Origin: Macrostomum lignano
Lineage: Eukaryota
Assembly (NCBI GenBank): GCA_002269645.1
Contig: NIVC01001757.1
Span: forward strand, 87,320 to 151,319
DNA length: 64,000 bases
Direction of reading: 5' to 3'
This document shows positions 61,471 through 64,000 of the stretch, in pieces. Each line of letters opens with the position of its first letter. Position 1 is the stretch's first letter. Under the pieces are notes generated by a model, which ran no database searches, was not told where the DNA came from, and saw nothing but the letters and a program-made list of their open reading frames with translations. Position numbers and translations under genes: made by a program.

Positions 61471-62494
61471 AATCTATGATCCCAATTATCGAAAGTGAAA
61501 ATTTTTTATTATGGTACCCTACCCGTAAGCGCCATTGTGTACAAATTTCATAAATTTTATAAAAAGATCAGAATGAAACTGCTAGAAAATCCAAGAAAAA
61601 AATTGCAACCTCCGGTTTTTCTCATCAAGCAACTATGAAAAATAAAACAAGGGTTTTTAGCTAACAATTGTGTTTAATATAAACTGCAAACACCTGATTA
61701 AAGTCATTATGATGAGCTAGGATGTCTTCAATCTTACGCTTGTTGTTTTATTTGATAGAAAAAAAGTGTTATTTATTCTCTAAAAAACAACACACAGAGC
61801 CACTGACACAAACGTGGCGCGTTCTGGATAAAGATATCTGCTCATTATTGTTTATGTTTATGAAGGCCAGCACAACAAAATATTAAAGGAGAATTTACAA
61901 GCGCAACAATAATATAAGGAAAAGTGTTTAGAAAAGCATTTGATTAGATACACACACATAGGCCTTATATGGGCCTAACACAGCACCTGTGTTCAACTTC
62001 AACCCCAACACCCAGTTTTTGATTAACAAAAAAACACGCATAATGATAAATAAAACAAGATATCGAATCGATGTGCGGAAAAAAATAGAAAAGTGATTGA
62101 AGCCAATAATAACTATAAAATGTGTTATTTAATTTTGACTTTCACCGAATACAGAGAAAATGAGCAACATGAGAAACAATACGTTTAATTTTTAAAAACA
62201 ATCTTTAATTTTTCTGTCTTTCACAACTGGTAATCCTAGGCAAACTAGATTAAACATGTGATGTACAGGTGCAAACCAAAAACCACTTCCGACTTTGGAG
62301 AAACTCAGTTACGAAAAACCTCCCTGTTTAACAGACTAGCATTTGTATGTTAACCGTCTGATCCAATTTCAATTTCCTATTCATTTAGGATTGGGAAAAA
62401 ATCCCGTCGAATCTGGAATGTAGTCTTACTCAGCTGGGATCACGCTAATTTTTCTTTTCAGAATTCCAATCCACTTTTCTTCCTCAGATACAAT

Positions 62495-63070
62495 TTCCAG
62501 GAATCTTCCCTATGTGGGATTTCCAGGAACCTTCCCTCCGTATATGGGATTTCCAGGAATCCCCCTTCCGTATATGGGATTTTCAGGAATGTTCCCCATA
62601 TGGGATTTCTAGATATCTTCCCTATATTGGATTTCCAGAAATCTTCCCTATATTGGATTTCCAGAAATCTTCCCTATGTAGGATTTCCAGGAATCTTCCC
62701 TATATGGGATTTCCAGGAATCTTCCTTTCGTATATGGGATTTCCAGGAATGTTCCCCATATGGGATTTCCAGATATCTTCCCTATATTGGATTTTCGGGA
62801 ATGTTCCCCATATGGGATTTCCAGATATCTTCCCTATATTGGATTTCCAGGAATCTTCCCTATGTAGGATTTCCAGGAATCTTCCCTATATGGGATTTCC
62901 AGGAATCCTCCATATATGGGATTTCCAGGAATCTTCCCTATATGGGATTTCTATGAATCTTCCCTATATGGGATTTCTATGAATCTTCCCTATATGGGAT
63001 TTCTATGAATCTTCCCTTTATGGGATTTCTATGAATCTTCCCCAAATAGGACTCACATTATGGGATTTTC
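62495..63070. repeat. Degenerate minisatellite, about 26-bp unit ATCTTCCCTATATGGGATTTCCAGGA
   Basis: Tandem array abutting the end of the polycystin-like ORF. Confidence 0.9.
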
Positions 63071-63495
63071 AGGAACAATTTCTTAACTTAAGATGCCGAA
63101 ATACCACGCAGGAAGAAATGAGTTTCAAATTAGTTTTAAACAAGAAACATCCCAAGAAAAATCCCAAGAACCGGTCACTATAAATCTCAAGTGTCAGATG
63201 GGTCTGTCCAGCCAGATTTTTATCTATCGTCTCCCGGTAGACGAGTAGCCAGTCCGCGTTGTTGGCGCAGTGTCCACAGATGAGGCAGACGAAGAAGTAG
63301 ACGAATGCCGAGAGTAGGCCGCGCCACCGCCGCAGGGCTCGCTGCTGCCGTAATAGCCGCACGGCTCGGCTCTCCGACTGTTGCTGTTGCCGAACAGGTA
63401 GCCGGTAAGGCCGCCAATGGCTGCTCCGGACCAGAATCCGGGCCGCTGCTGCTGTTATCATCAGGTTGAGCTTGATTCTGCTGATAGGCGCGACG
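63069..63495 (-). CDS. Exon of a gene entering from the right edge, polycystin (PKD1L/PKD2, TRPP)-like first channel TM and start of the TOP domain
   Basis: GC-rich ORF after the acceptor CTTACCAG (63496). RALRRWRGLLSAFVYFFVCLICG...NADWLLVYRETIDKNL...EIYSDRFLGFFL...FRHLKLRNCS resembles PKD2 (LRELVTYLLFLIVL...FWKF...RIRQLRVRNGSC). No strong donor or downstream exons were found, so the call is weak. Confidence 0.4.
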
Positions 63496-63589
63496 CTGGT
63501 AAGCCTGAGTGAGTGCGTTTGAAGTTTTAAGTATAGTGTCATCATCGAGTACAACTCTCAGGATGAGTTATCGCCATTGATCGATACTA

Positions 63590-63990
63590 AAAATCAATAA
63601 TTTCAATTTATCAATACTGAAAAATCAATAGTAACTAAAAATCGCTACTGAAAATCAATAATCCCAAAGTAATCGATACTGAAAATCAATAATCCAAAGT
63701 AATCGATACTGAAAATCAATAATCCCAAATTAATCGATACTGAAAATCAACAATCCCCAAATGAATGGATACTGAAAATCTATAATCCCAAATTAATCGA
63801 TAATGAAAATCAATAATCCCAAATTAATCGATACTGAAAATCTATAATCCCAAATTAATCGATACTGAAAATCAATAATCCCAAATTAATCGATACTGAA
63901 AATCAATAATCCTGAAAAATCGATACGGAAAATTGATAACCCTAAAAAATCGATACTAAAAAACAGTAATCATAAAAATCGATACTGAGA
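63590..63990. repeat. Minisatellite, about 31-bp unit AAATCAATAATCCCAAATTAATCGATACTGA
   Basis: Tandem array in the presumed intron upstream of the polycystin-like exon. Confidence 0.9.
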
Positions 63991-64000
63991 GACAATTATC

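Overview
Eukaryotic (metazoan) genomic DNA with GC-rich, low-complexity-rich exons and AT-rich, repeat-filled introns. The style suggests a free-living flatworm such as Macrostomum, but that is inference only. I could assemble four genes by hand with GT-AG junctions and consistent reading phase. They are a Delta-type Notch ligand (minus, 1058-17414, 8 coding exons), a centrosomin/CDK5RAP2/myomegalin-family coiled-coil protein (minus, 21747-35586, 13 coding exons), an intronless HERPUD-like ubiquitin-like-domain membrane protein (plus, 48015-48956) and an MFSD4-like MFS transporter (plus, 51879-60246, 5 coding exons). One polycystin-like exon lies at the right edge. Almost every long intron carries its own minisatellite, each with a different unit, while the 12.4 kb intergenic spacer (35.6-48.0 kb) is mostly non-autonomous TIR transposons with readable target-site duplications (TSDs), including a three-level nest of four elements. 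The most unusual observation is that two arrays are tandem amplifications of a 3' splice junction itself. One of them (6 extra 64-bp units = 384 nt, no stops) keeps the host reading frame. There are no tRNA, rRNA or CRISPR features. Most supplied ORFs are artefacts of repeats or antisense mirrors of exons. Array boundaries are approximate.
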